Below, in pieces: positions 34,283-48,458 of a DNA stretch of 64,000 nt. The translations under genes and the position numbers were made by a program. Positions within the stretch are counted from its first letter, which is position 1; every line of letters begins with the position of its first letter. Under the pieces are notes generated by a model, which saw nothing but the letters and a program-made list of their open reading frames with translations, had not been told where the DNA came from and did not search any database. The stretch is from assembly GCF_009914755.1 (NCBI RefSeq), contig NC_060936.1; one strand, written 5' to 3'. The stretch is from the human T2T-CHM13v2.0 reference genome, Homo sapiens.

Positions 34283-35300
34283 TTACATTTTGGCATGATT
34301 TTGCAGCGGCTGGTGCCAGTTGTTCCTTTCCATGTTTAGCACTTCCTTCAGGAGCTCTTTTAGGGCGGGCCTGGTGGTGACAAAATCTCTCAGCATTTGC
34401 TTGTCTGTAAAGTATTTTATTTCTCCTTCGCTTATGAAGTTTAGTTTGGCTGGATATGAAATTCTGGGTCGAAAATTGTTTTCTTTAAGAATGTTGAATA
34501 TTGGCCCCCACTCTCTTCTGGCTTGTAGGGTTTCTGCCGAGAGATCCGCTGTTAGTCTGATGGGCTTCCCTTTGTGGGTAACCCAACCTTTCTCTCTGGC
34601 TGCCCTTAACATTTTTTCCTTCATTTCAACTTTGGTGAATCTGACAATTATGTGTCTTGGAGTTGCTCTTCTCGAGGAGTATCTTTGTGGCATTCTCTGT
34701 ATTTCCTGAATCTGAATGTTGGCCTGCCTTGCTAGATTGGGGAAGTTCTCCTGGATAATATCCTGCAGAGTGTTTTCCAACTTGGTTCCATTCTCCCCAT
34801 CACTTTCAGGTACACCAGTCAGACGTAGACTTGGTCTTTTCACATAGTCCCATATTTCTTGGAAGCTTTGCTCATTTCTTTTTATTCTTTTTTCTCTAAA
34901 CTTCCCTTCTCGCTTCATTTCATTCATTTCATCTTCTATTGCTGATACCCTTTCTTCCAGTTGATCGCATTGGCTCCTGAGGCTTCTGCATTCTTCACGT
35001 AGTTCTCGAGCCTTGGTTTTCAGCTCCATCAGCTCCTTTAAGCACTTCTCTGTATTGGTTATTCTAGTTATACATTCTTCTAAATTTTTTTTCAAAGTTT
35101 TCAACTTCTTTGCCTTTGGTTTGAATGTCCTCCCGTAGCTCAGAGTAATTTGATCGTCTGAAGCCTTCTTCTCTCAGCTCGTCAAAGTCATTCTCCATCC
35201 AGCTTTGTTCCGTTGCTGGTGAGGAACTGCGTTCCTTTGGAGGAGGAGAGGCACTCTGCTTTTTAGAGTTTCCAGTTTTTCTGTTCTGTTTTTTCCCCAT
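34283..35300 (-). pseudogene. L1 ORF1 (RNA-binding chaperone), frameshifted by +1 in the homopolymer at 35085-35092
   Basis: MGKKQNRKTGNSK... from 35300 and ...LQNHAKM ending at 34283; span 1018 = 339x3+1; the frame changes at an 8-T run. Confidence 0.95.
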
Positions 35301-36197
35301 CTTTGTGGTTTTATCTACTTTTGGTCTTTGATGATGGTGATGTACAGATGGGTTTTTGGTGTGGATGTCCTTTCTGTTTGTTAGTTTTCCTTCTAACAGA
35401 CAGGACCCTCAGCTGCAGGTCTGTTGGAGTACGCTGCCGTGTGAGGTGTCAGTGTGCCCCTGCTGGGGGGTGCCTCCCAGTTAGGCCGCTCGGGGGTCAG
35501 GGACACACTTGAGGAGGCAGTCTGCCCGTTCTCAGATCTGCAGCTGCGTGCTGGGAGAACCACTGCTCTCTTCAAAGCTGTCAGACAGGGACATTTAAGT
35601 CTGCAGAGGTTACTGCTGTCTTTTTGTTTGTCTGTGCCCTGCCCCCAGAGGTGGAGCCTACAGAGGCAGGCAGGCCTCCTTGAGCTGTGGTGGGCTCCAC
35701 CCAGTTCGAGCTTCCCGGCTGCTTTGTTTACCTAAGCAAGCCCGGGCAATGGCGGGCGCCCCTCCCCCAGCCTGGCTGCCGCCTTGCAGTTTGATCTCAG
35801 ACTGCTGTGCTAGCAATCAGCGAGACTACGTGGGCGTAGGACCCGCCGAGCCAGGTGCGGGATATAATCTCGTGGTGCGCCATTTTTTAAGCCGGTCGGA
35901 AAAGCGCAGTATTCGGGAGGGAGTGACCCGATTTTCCAGGTGCGTCTGTTACCCCTTTCTTTGACTCCGAAAGGGAACTCCCTGACCCCTTGCGCTTCCC
36001 AAGTGAGGCAATGCCTCGCCCCTGTTTCGGCTCGCGCACGGTGCGCACACCCACTGACCTGCTCCCACTGTCTGGCACTCCCTAGTGAGATGAACCCGGT
36101 ACCTCAGATGGAAATGCAGAAATCACCTGTCTTCTGCGTCACTCACGCTGGGAGCTGTAGACAGCACTGTTCCTATTCGGCCATCTTGGCTCCTCCC
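35301..36197. promoter_or_regulatory. L1 5' UTR CpG-rich bidirectional promoter: sense promoter (- strand, YY1 site 36179-36187) and antisense promoter (+ strand, approx 35600-35820)
   Basis: Most CpG-dense segment of the window; AAGATGGCC YY1 core intact; ASP position taken from established L1 5' UTR architecture (roughly nt 400-600). Confidence 0.85.
35749..35964 (+). CDS. ORF0: L1 ORF0, intact 71 aa (MAGAPPPAWLPPCSLISDCCASNQRD...TRFSRCVCYPFL)
   Basis: ATG at 35749 in strong Kozak context (gcaATGG); open to TGA at 35962-35964; splice donors CAG/GTGCGG after 35854 and CAG/GTGCGT after 35939. Confidence 0.85.
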   Translation: MAGAPPPAWLPPCSLISDCCASNQRDYVGVGPAEPGAGYNLVVRHFLSRSEKRSIREGVTRFSRCVCYPFL

Positions 36198-36240
36198 TGA
36201 TTCTACCACCAAGAATAAAATAGTTGTTTGTCCCCTACAG

Positions 36241-36378
36241 TAGAACAAGTTTGCCCATTCATCCTTGTGATAGATATGCATGCAAAACCAAAATGAAATC
36301 AAATCCCCACAGATGGCTCGTAAGTCAAAAACACTGTTTAATTCTTTCACTGCATCCCTTTGGGAAGCCTGGCCCTTG
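36241..36378 (+). other. SYT1: Non-coding 5'-UTR exon (alternative, L1-proximal), probably SYT1; may extend 5' to or into the L1 when used as first exon
   Basis: Acceptor tttgtcccctacAG (36239-36240), donor TTG/GTAAGT (36379-36384); sequence recalled from a SYT1 mRNA 5' UTR. Confidence 0.7.
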
Positions 36379-37848
36379 GTAAGTAGTAATGTACAATGTA
36401 TATAGTGTCAACTATTCTCTTATTTTTTAATAGAATGTCTTTGTCTTATTTAACAGGTTTTTTTCCCATATTTCTTGTAAGAAGCTCTGTGTCACTGTTT
36501 ACCTTAATGTGTATGTCCACAGAATCTTGCTCTAGTTTTTGTTTTAATAAAAAAGAAGTGTCCGTATACTAAAACTATACAAAGCATATCTAAAATTGAT
36601 TATGGCTCTAAGTCATGTTTTTAGAGGCAGTCAGGCAAACCTAGGTGCATTTTAACATTGCTCTTCCAAATGGATTTTACTAAGAAACAGTTGAGTTTCA
36701 AGCAGGAATAAAGGAAAAGCAGATCTTGGAGATTTAACTGTTGAGCAGATGCAGTAAATGAGGTTTTGGAAATACCGCTGTCACTTTAGATATTTTATGC
36801 TGAGTTACCTATGTGACCCAATAGCTAGAGCTGCTGATATTAAAATATTTTTGTAATTCTGTTGAAAATAGATGCCATGAGAACTCTTAAAAACAGAGTA
36901 ACATACTTATTATAAGACCTATTTTAAATATTTCATTCTTTCCTCATTTTCATGATACCTAAATTTTTTGAAGACTGAAAATGATGAGAACTTATATAAA
37001 AAGGTACTTGTCTGTAGCATCATGGAAATTTTCATTTATGAGTTGTTAACATGTCAAACCAAATCAGAAATTCCTGATATCTTTATTACATTAAAGCAAT
37101 TCTTAATGTTGCCTCTTGAGAAGGGTTTAATTTTTTTACTCTTTAAACTGAAAGTTTATCTTTTTTATGCAATGACGTGCAATCATTTTTCTCTTAATTC
37201 CTGATGGGCTTGTAATATATACATATTTATTTGTGTGTGTATGTACCTACATATCTATTAATATGTATATAAACATGTATATTTAAATACATGTATGTTT
37301 ATCCTATGTACTAGAATAGTTAGTAGGTTATATCTAGATATTGATTAGCTTCTGAAAATAGGCAAATATGTATAACATATTGAGGTGTTTCTAACATCGG
37401 TGAAAAATATAAAACTTAAAAGTAACATGGGGCTGTACAAGGTTGATTTGTAATAGTCATATTGGTAATTGAGACAGCACCAGATATTTAATTGACTAAG
37501 AATCATGTGATTTATTTCTTAATAAATGTAATATTCTCTAATGTCTGCCTAGATTAGTGTTACTCTAATTTCAAATTAAAACACTATAGAAAGCATAATT
37601 GACTTTTCATAAAATCAGTATATAAACTATCCACAGACTCTCAATCTCTAGCTCATCAAACAACTTTAAAATCCAAACTATCTGTATTATATATACTAAA
37701 TATGGATATATATGACATTATTTTTATTGGAATATATAGTAAAATTTTAAGTAGAAATATTAAATAATAAAATTAACATATTTATGACAAAAATGATTCT
37801 GAACTATGTGTAGTCAAGTAACCTCTGTATATATTGTTTTCCTTTTAG

Positions 37849-37914
37849 AAAAACAGAATAATTCTGAAAGAAAGAAAACAAAGAAAAACATACTCCAGAA
37901 TTCCTAATAGAACA
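37849..37914 (+). other. SYT1: 66-nt non-coding 5'-UTR exon, probably SYT1
   Basis: Acceptor ttgttttccttttAG (37847-37848), donor ACA/GTAAGT (37915-37920); AAAAACAGAATAATTCTG...CCAGAATTCCTAATAGAACA recalled as lying just upstream of the SYT1 ATG-containing exon. Confidence 0.8.
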
Positions 37915-40556
37915 GTAAGTACTTTAATGACACAATGATGATAATAAATCTGTAAAATTAGAGCTTACAAATGTCTTTTATAGAAATACTAACTTCTATT
38001 TTCTAAGATAATAAATTAGTAGAGGAAGCAAGTTGAGCCTTCTCTTTCAATTTACTGGAGTAAACTGAAAATCATTTGTCCTATAATCCTCTTACATAAG
38101 AGGGCAAAGTACTCGTTGTGATACATTTATGGGGCAGAAAACATTTATGATGACTCCATCATATCTTTTGACTAGCATAGTATCATCTTAAATTCTAAAG
38201 AAGAAAACAGTAATAAGCTAGATGTAATCAAAGTGCCTCATTTTCTCCATATGTGATAAAAAGTTTTTACTTATTTTGAACAAAATTTTAAATACTATTG
38301 ATGTGCTTGGTTTATTTATAATCACTAAATTGGGATTATTAAAAAATGGCAGCTATCTGCAGGCTTAAAATCTACACCATATTCTCATTAGTACATTTGT
38401 TTCTAATCTCACAACTTAACTAAAAGTGTATTTCCTAGAAATGTATTTCCTTGCTATTGTTTGATGATAATATAGTTTTCCTAAATATGTTCTCACTAAG
38501 CAAAGTACATGTTGATGTCAATCTTTATGGTAAAATTGGTGACAATATAAAATTTTCAAGATGCAGGCAATTATAAATTTTGAATATGTGAATATGAAGA
38601 ACAATAACATAAAGATAGAAAAGCAAAACCCATGTTGATGACCCACGTTGTATCACATTTAATATTTTTGAAACTGCATTTGAAATTGCATTTCAAACTC
38701 AATGTTTCAAAAGTTTCAAACAAATATTAGAGTAAAACATAGTATAATAAATTAACAAAATGAAACATCTATATCTTAGTACATATCAAACTAGAGTCAA
38801 GTTCAATGGAAAAAAATGTAAGTTTGATATATAAAAAGTAGAAATTTCTAAATAATTTTATAGGATATATACAAATTATTCCTGCATAATAACATTTTTT
38901 AGCCCCAAAGAACTTTGATGCATAAATTACATCTTAACTTTGAATGATTGGGTATAATTAATCATCATCACGATGATATAAATGAAGTTTATCTGAAATA
39001 TATTTTATTTATTTTTGAGGTGTGAGAAAGGCAGAGAAAACACATTTCTTTTACCTGCCTGTCTGAAGGTTATGTATGTTACAACTTCACACAAAGCACT
39101 CTGCCACTTACTTTTTGTTGTAGTTATGAACGGCCATATATTTTAAACAGAAATCTATAAAATTTATAATTCAAAATGTTTACACTTTTAAAAACTACTC
39201 TTTGATTTAAAAAATTAACTCTAAATGTATGAAAGTCTATTTTGAGTATTCAGAGCAGGTTACGGGCATGTTTACATAGTTCTGGGTACAGGGATAATTT
39301 AAGAATCAGATTTTTCTGTCATATATAACAATTTTTGAAACCTGCAAATCTGCGTGAGTTACAAGATATGAAATAAGTGAGAAATTTCTTTTTGACATAG
39401 AAATTTTTTATCATCTTAATACCCTAACATAGACAATGAAATCATTCAGCCAAAACAAACCTTTTTCAACATCTAAAAGACTAGACTGTCTTAAAGTTTT
39501 GTTTTTATATATATAATTCTGTTTCTAAACATAATTTCAATTCTGTACAATACTCATTGGAAAATGGTTGAATTTTTTAAACTGACAGGACTGACATAAG
39601 CTCTTTATGCAAGAACCAAGTGATATCTACTTCACTCCCTCACAATTTCTCGGCCCTCTGAGTATAATTTCATGTGAAAAGCCATCAATGACTCCTTTTC
39701 TGCGCTGATTTATGTATAAGTTATTTGATCTATTGTTCAGGTGTGACCTATATAAGTTATTTGACTGGAACTGTAATTTTCATAATTGTATTGAAATAGG
39801 ATTTAGCCTAGCATACCTCGGAGACATCTCATTCAAGTAATGAGATCTCCTGTTCATTTGCAGTAATCTTAGAAAAAAATAACATACATGTTTCCAAAGA
39901 AGAAATTATGCCTCTTTTCATGCATTTTTATGTGGTTTGGAGCAGGTTTTAATCTCAGATTTTAATTACCTATTATTTAATAATTATATGCTAAATCACT
40001 CATAAATTACATGCAAAAAAAGACTCTTCTTATTATACTGTAATAAAAAGTATAATTTATCCTTTAAAAATTTTATCAGATATTGTGAAGAGGAATACTC
40101 TGACTTAAATGACATTGTCAAAACATAAGAGTTCTTAAAATATCTTAGCCACTAAAGGCTCGTGAGTTAGTGTTAGACAATACATGGAATAAAACATGAT
40201 ATCAGATGAATATAATAGATAATACAGTGACATTTTATCTATAGATTGTGCATGTGTTTCTAGCCCATGAATGAGTTTTATGAATTGTATTGGAATCAAA
40301 ACTTTATAAATGAAAGCTTTTTAGCACAGGAAAGCTCTACAAACCTCTTACAATTTTGCTTTTAAATCCATAGCTTAAGAACAAGTTGATAATTGATTAA
40401 AATATTACTATAATATTGCTAAAGACGCTTAGAGCACATTGCATTTATTGCTTACAAAAGGTTTTTGTGCTTAAGAAATATAAAAGATAAAAATATAAGA
40501 TGCTTTCTTATAAGAATAGAAAAATAAAAGACCACTGGAAAGTGTATTCTAAAATA

Positions 40557-40980
40557 CAGTTGACTCTTGATCACCAACTCCCACACAGTCCTAAAATTCC
40601 ATGGTTAACTTTTAACTCCTCCAAAACTTAACTACTAATAGCCTACTGTTGACTGGATGTTATCAATAACATAAATAGTTGATTAATTCTTATTTTTCAT
40701 GTTATGTGTATTATATACTCTTCTTAACAATAAAGTAGGAAAAGTGAAGAAAATATTACTAAGAAAATTGTAAGGAAGAGAAAATGTATTTACTATTCAT
40801 TAAGTGGAAGTGGATCATCATAAAGGTCTCCATCCTCATCTTCACATTAACTAGGCTGAGGAGGAGAAGGAAGAGGAGGGGTTGGTTGGTTTTACTGTCT
40901 CAGCAGTGGCAGAGGCAGAAGAAAACCTGTGAATAAGTGGACCTGCATAGTTCAAACCCGTGTTGTTCAAGTGTCAACTA
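40557..40980. mobile_element. Tigger2a-like Tc1/mariner non-autonomous element
   Basis: Termini CAGTTGACTCTTGA...TTCAAGTGTCAACTA flanked by TA on both sides. Confidence 0.75.
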
Positions 40981-42016
40981 TAGTCATCTTTCTTTTGATT
41001 GCTGAAGCTCAGTAATACTTTCAAGAACTTCATAGTCTCCTCCTTGTAAACTCTGATCACACTGGATACTAATAATAAAGAGGGTGTGTTTAAAAAATCA
41101 TTCAGATGCTCAGACATCCGTGTTAGAAACTCTTCATATTATCCTAGATTTCCTAAGCCTCTTTAATAAAACTGGGAGTTGATACACTCACTCAAAGTGT
41201 GACAACTATTAACAACACTGCTTTCCTGAAAAAACAAATATAGCAAGAAGTTTTTAGTAAGAGTGATTCTAATGGAAGGCAGATTTTAACCAATAAAACA
41301 TCTTGTGGCTCATTAGAGAATAAATATTATTTGCAAATATCCCAAATGTTACCTGCAAATGCTCCTGACAAGTTTTACTTAGTCAATATTTCCCTATTAG
41401 AAGTAATAAAGTCCTGCAATAAAAAAGCATAAGCCTGTGAGTGTGTGTAATAGTGGCATAAAGCTAGGAGAAAATTTAGAGGTCACCTATTCTAATATTT
41501 TCATTTTATAGAGGTTACCTCCTCTAATATTATCATTTATATATGGCCTGATAGGTCAAGTCATTTGCCTAAGCTCTTATATCTAGTGATAGAATTGAAA
41601 AAAAAATCTGTGCTAATTAACCACCCACCATTTTTTTCTATCTGCCATATTAACTGAAAGTGCTGTTATTAAAAAATGCATGTGTCGGAACTGTTAAAAA
41701 AAAACTCTTCTCCAAATTTAATCTTTTTTCAACCAAAACACTAGTGAAAATTTATGTAAATTATTGTTTGTCTAATCTCTAGTAGTTTAAAATTGTATTT
41801 TGATATAGTTTATTAGAATGATGTTTATAAAAGTTATATATCTCCACAGTATAACCTTTATAAATAAATATATATATACATATATATGTATCTCCACTAT
41901 GTATGTATAAAGAGAGCTCATTTATATAGGTATTTATTTATTTATATTTATATATATCTCTACTATATATGTATAAAGAGAGAGGTAATCTGAGTCTTGG
42001 CTTAATCCATCTCCAC

Positions 42017-42068
42017 CTAATATTTATTAATGATAAGTAGTAAAGAAAAATAACATATGCACATTAAG
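42017..42068 (+). repeat. 52-bp inverted repeat, left arm (partner 44827-44878)
   Basis: 47/52 identity to the reverse complement of 44827-44878 by manual alignment. Confidence 0.9.
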
Positions 42069-42336
42069 TTTTCATGTGCAGCGAATCCATAGGAAAATGT
42101 GAGGACATTCAAGATTACACAGTGAAAAAACAACTAGATAATAATAATATGTAATAATAATACATAAAAGCAATCTGCCATCAGCAACACTTAAGCAGTT
42201 ATCTCAATGAGTCTCCCTTTTCTCATCTGGGTAATGAAAAATGTCTACCCAGCATACTTCCCAAGATTCTCTGAGATTGGATTAAGTATATGAAGATCTC
42301 TATAGTGATATTTAATTTAAAATTCTTATATATATT

Positions 42337-44075
<1,739 letters not shown>

Positions 44076-44826
44076 AAAATTCTTATATATATTATATAAA
44101 TTCTTATGTATAAAATAATGCATATTAACTTTAATTAAAATTATTTTATAATATTGACAATTATTTAAAATATATATCACCAATAAAATATATTGATTTT
44201 TAATTAAAAATAATTAAAATTTATATATAAATAAACAACACTTATTTTTAAACAAACAATAAGTATTATTACATAAAACTTAGACTATATTATTGTAAAA
44301 ATAAGTTGTTTTTGTGAACATTTGCCTTAATTGTTTTTGGAGTACCATGCATCATTTTATGAAGGCATGTTTCTGAAACAACCAAAGTTGTTGGTTGATT
44401 TTTGCTTTAGGCAATAATGATCATCCAGAAAAAAAATTCTCTTTTTCTTGAATTTATAATTTATCTTTAATCCTGATCTGTGTTCCCACACATAAGCCTA
44501 AGAGAGTTCATATATAGAAGGAAGGGAGTTGGGAAAGGAAAGGAAGCATTTATTGGGCTCTTGTTTTGTGTCAGCTGTTTAGTAGGCATTGAACTAAATT
44601 TCATTTAATTATTCAAAGAATTCTTCTGATGTTATAGTGGTTTTGCAGATGATGAAAATGTGGATTGAAAGGTTTATAAGGTTAGCTTACTTAGTATGCA
44701 GCAGAGTTGCCATTTAAACTCAGGTCTGTCTGATTTCTCCTTTTCAAGTTAGGACTCAACTAAACGGGGACAACTAGTGAAAGTAAGGCATATTTCACCT
44801 TCCTATATGAATGTCTATGCAAAATA

Positions 44827-44878
44827 CTTAATGTGCACACGTTACTTTTCTTTTCTACTTATCATCAATAAATATTAG
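44827..44878 (-). repeat. 52-bp inverted repeat, right arm (partner 42017-42068)
   Basis: See left arm. Confidence 0.9.
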
Positions 44879-46425
44879 ATTGCATCATGCATATTTGTCC
44901 TTCAGATGCTAAAAATAAACCATGGTAGGAGAATTTAATTATTAAAGACAGCAATCTTTTGATAGGAAAAGTAGAACCCAAATCAAAATGGATTATAGCC
45001 ATAAGTATAAACATTCACCTAAAGGAGAAAAACAATATTTATTTTGTTTGTAAATAACAATACAGTGGACATTCACCATATATACTTAGATTTTTATACA
45101 TGCTACATTATCTGGACTTATTTTCTTTAAAAACTTTGGTACAACTTTGGAAATTCATTCCTTTATCCTTCATTCTTTATTCAACAGCTGCTATTGATTA
45201 CCCACTGTATACATAGTTCCAGGTGTTTTAGATATAGGAATAAATAAAGTATAGTCTCTGTCATCAAGTAGTTTATATTTTTAGTAATTACAAATATAGA
45301 AAAGTTTGCTTCATAAGGAGAATAAAAGTTATATTGACTATAAGTCATAGATTTTCTTTTCAAGCTACTCGTCTGTTTAACCATGATCAGATTAAATTAT
45401 GTTTTTATTTGTCAAATGATTCAGTGTTTTGTCACTTTCCCTGGAAATTGAGTAAAATGGGTTTCCCACAATCATTATTATTCATGATAAATCTAAACCA
45501 TATTTCATGATTTACAGTATTTTTTGATACACTAACAAAGGAGTCTTTTATAATCTTATTATAGCATAGTACTGGCTTTGAAAATTCTCTATATTCAAAT
45601 GCCAGCTCCACCACTTATTAACTATGGGATGTAGGACAATTTTTTAGACCTCTGTGAGTTTTGATTTCTCCATTGAGTAATTGTGATATTCAAATGAGTC
45701 AAATATAGGCAATGTCTTTGTTTATATAAGTGTCTTGTTGATTGTAGTTACTGTATTCAAGTTAGCTATTATAATTAGTTGATAGAATTCAGTTCATTGT
45801 TTCTAAAACTTCTTATTAATCTTTGATTTGTAAGCTCTCATTGATATTAGTCTTTATTTTATTCTGAAAAACATTATCTTTCATGACTCTGATATGTAAG
45901 TTGTCTAGTCAAAAGAGATAAAGTGGAAATTATTTAACCAGCATTTACAGTTTTAAAGAAATCATGTAAAGTCCAAAGTTAATAAGACTTTAAATCAAAT
46001 GATTTAGCTATATGAATTATTAGTTTTGATCTGCTATAACATTATGATTTATTTACTTGGCTACACCAGGGTTTTGCCTTGGGTTGCATTATTCTCCTTT
46101 GTAATTAAGAATGTTTGCACTGGATAAAAAACTGTATTCAAGTGCTATTTCTGCCACTTACTACCTGTGTGTCAGCAGGAAAACAAAATAAGCTGCCTCA
46201 ATGTCCTCTTCTATAAAAATGAAAATGAATCCTATTTTATACGTTTCATATGAGAATAATGACATGTTTATTAACTGCTTATTACAGAAATTAATATAGT
46301 AACATAAGTAAAAATTATTGTTGTTATATTTGTTATTTAAAACATCTTAGTAATATCAAAGGGGCATTCTTTTCTTTCAAATTTATTTATTTATTATAAA
46401 TTGACATCTTTTAAATTATAAAACA

Positions 46426-46756
46426 TAGTCATGTACCACCTAACAAATTTCAGTCAATGATGGACTGCATATATAGCAGTGACACCTTAAGATTATAATA
46501 TCAGATTTTTACTGTACCTTTTCTGTTAAGATGCACAGATACTTACCAATGTGTTATAATTGCCTACAGTATTCAGTACAGTGACATGTACAGGTTTGTA
46601 GCCCAAGAACAAAAGGCTAAACCATACAGCCTAGGTGTGAGGTAGACTGTACCATCTAGGTTAGTATAAGTACATGCTATGCTGTTCAGCAACAACAAAA
46701 TTGCCTAATGATGCATTTCTCAGGATGTACCCCTGTTGTTGAGTGATTCATAACTG
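46426..46756. mobile_element. Tigger3a (MER7/Golem)-like MITE
   Basis: TAGTCATGTACCACCTAAC...CATAACTG termini; internal ttgcctacagtattcagtacagt...ggtttgtagcc...ccatacagcctaggtgtg. Confidence 0.75.
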
Positions 46757-48257
46757 TATATAGAAGTCTAGATGGAATAAAGAGGAAGGGAAAGTGTGAG
46801 GGAAGAAAGAAAAGGAGAAAAGTCTGGTTGGAAATCTTTAACACAAGATGAAATTTCGATTTGATAGAGTAGGATGCAGGCTTGCTTTGGGAGGAGTCCA
46901 TCAGGAGCCCTCTCCTTGAAGGCCTCTTCCTTCTTAAAGCAAACACAGAAATTAGACAATCTCAATAGCATGACTCACTTCCAGAAAGGTGGAGAGTAAA
47001 GCTTGAGACATTTTGACAGTCTTCGTGGCCCTAGAAGTAGGCTGAATCAGTATGCATCACGATGTGAAGGGTAGCAAAAATGCTTTCTATCTTATCATGA
47101 AATTATTTTCTTTGTAATAACAAAGGGGACCACTTCCTCCAGAGAAAATAGACCTAACCAAACTCTAGACTGAACAGATGTCCAGAAATAAATTACATCC
47201 CACACATTGTTATTACATGCACCATTTTAAAGTTAAGGGCAGTATGATGCCATTACATGGCAACTCTCATTTTAAAAAATAATAAAATTTTGTATGTGAT
47301 GTCTGAAATTGAAATCACAGCATTATTCTTTTACCAAAGAAATCTCAGTTGACAAAGTTGCTTATTTTGCTGCATTTTTCCCTCATGATACAGAATACTG
47401 TTTCTCCTCATTTTAAAACCTCAATTAATTATCTTCAAATGAAAATTTTCATATTCACCATTTTAAGTGGTTTTGTTGTTTGAGTCATTCTTTTGCAAAC
47501 ACCATAAAAATCCCTTTACAGTCTGACATAGGCTATCAATCCTAACACCACTTCTCCTTTCAATGTAAAATCTTGTTATGCCTCTAAAGATGAGTATATC
47601 CCAGTCTTAGTAATAACTATTCCTGTTTCAGCAGAAAGTAATTCATAATAAGTATCTTAGCATTTTCCTCCTTTCCTTGGAATTGAATCATTACAAATAC
47701 TGACAATTTTATTTCTTTTCTATTCTGAAAGATGAAAAATCTGGTTCAGCATATGCTCCATTGTACATTTGAGCAATCTATATCCTCTGTTCTTATGGTT
47801 AATATGAATTGCTTAATCCTGTGATTGTTTTTGTTTTCCATTTTCAAAGGAATCCTGGCAAAGCCTATGTTCATGAATTTGTACAAAATGTTTCAGACTA
47901 AGGAAAATGTCTCTAAACAAAAGCTCAAAATACATTGGTTTCTAACTCATATGACCCCCCCCAAATGATATTATACAATTTTTCAATAGTCTGAAATATA
48001 TTATAAGAAATAATTCTTAGCAGTAGTTTTGCAAGTTGCTCAGGATTTTTGCTTATCCATTTTATATTTGCATGTGGCATTGACACAATTTGCTATAACA
48101 TCTCCTAGGAAGTAATATATTTTTTTTAGGCATTTACTATTTGAGCTGTGAAGGTTAGTCTTAGATGTTCTTTCTCTTTTGTACTTTAAAATTTTTTTTC
48201 TAATTTTGCACAAGGTAAAAATGTTTTTAATACCCTCTATGTCTTAGACTCACCATG

Positions 48258-48458
48258 CAGGGGTGTCCAAGGGAGAGAGTACAGTCATGGGTTCTTAGTT
48301 TCTGTTTCTGGTTGGGCCAGTAAAACCCCTTCCTCATCCCTCCTTCCTGCTTACAATTAGACACAGAAACCAAAAATTATGGCTTCAGGCTGCTAAAAGC
48401 CTGAAACAAAACAAAATAAAAACAACAACAACAAAATAAGGCAGGTTGGACAAGCTCA
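48258..48458. mobile_element. hAT-Charlie MITE with MER30-type ends (MER30B/MER107-like)
   Basis: CAGGGGTGTCCAA...GGTTGGACAAGCT termini, ~200 bp. Confidence 0.7.

Noticed and set aside
35303-36350. Other ORFs over the L1 5' UTR (35303, 35393, 35454, 35887, 35940, 36123) and the 23-aa extension upstream of ORF0
   Set aside because: Alternative frames of GC-rich UTR; only the ATG at 35749 corresponds to ORF0, and the extension starts at TTG.
41830-41990. Degenerate repeated units (tatctccactat...tataaagagag) with spacers
   Set aside because: Low-complexity TA-rich tandem duplication, not CRISPR-like; eukaryotic context and no cas genes.
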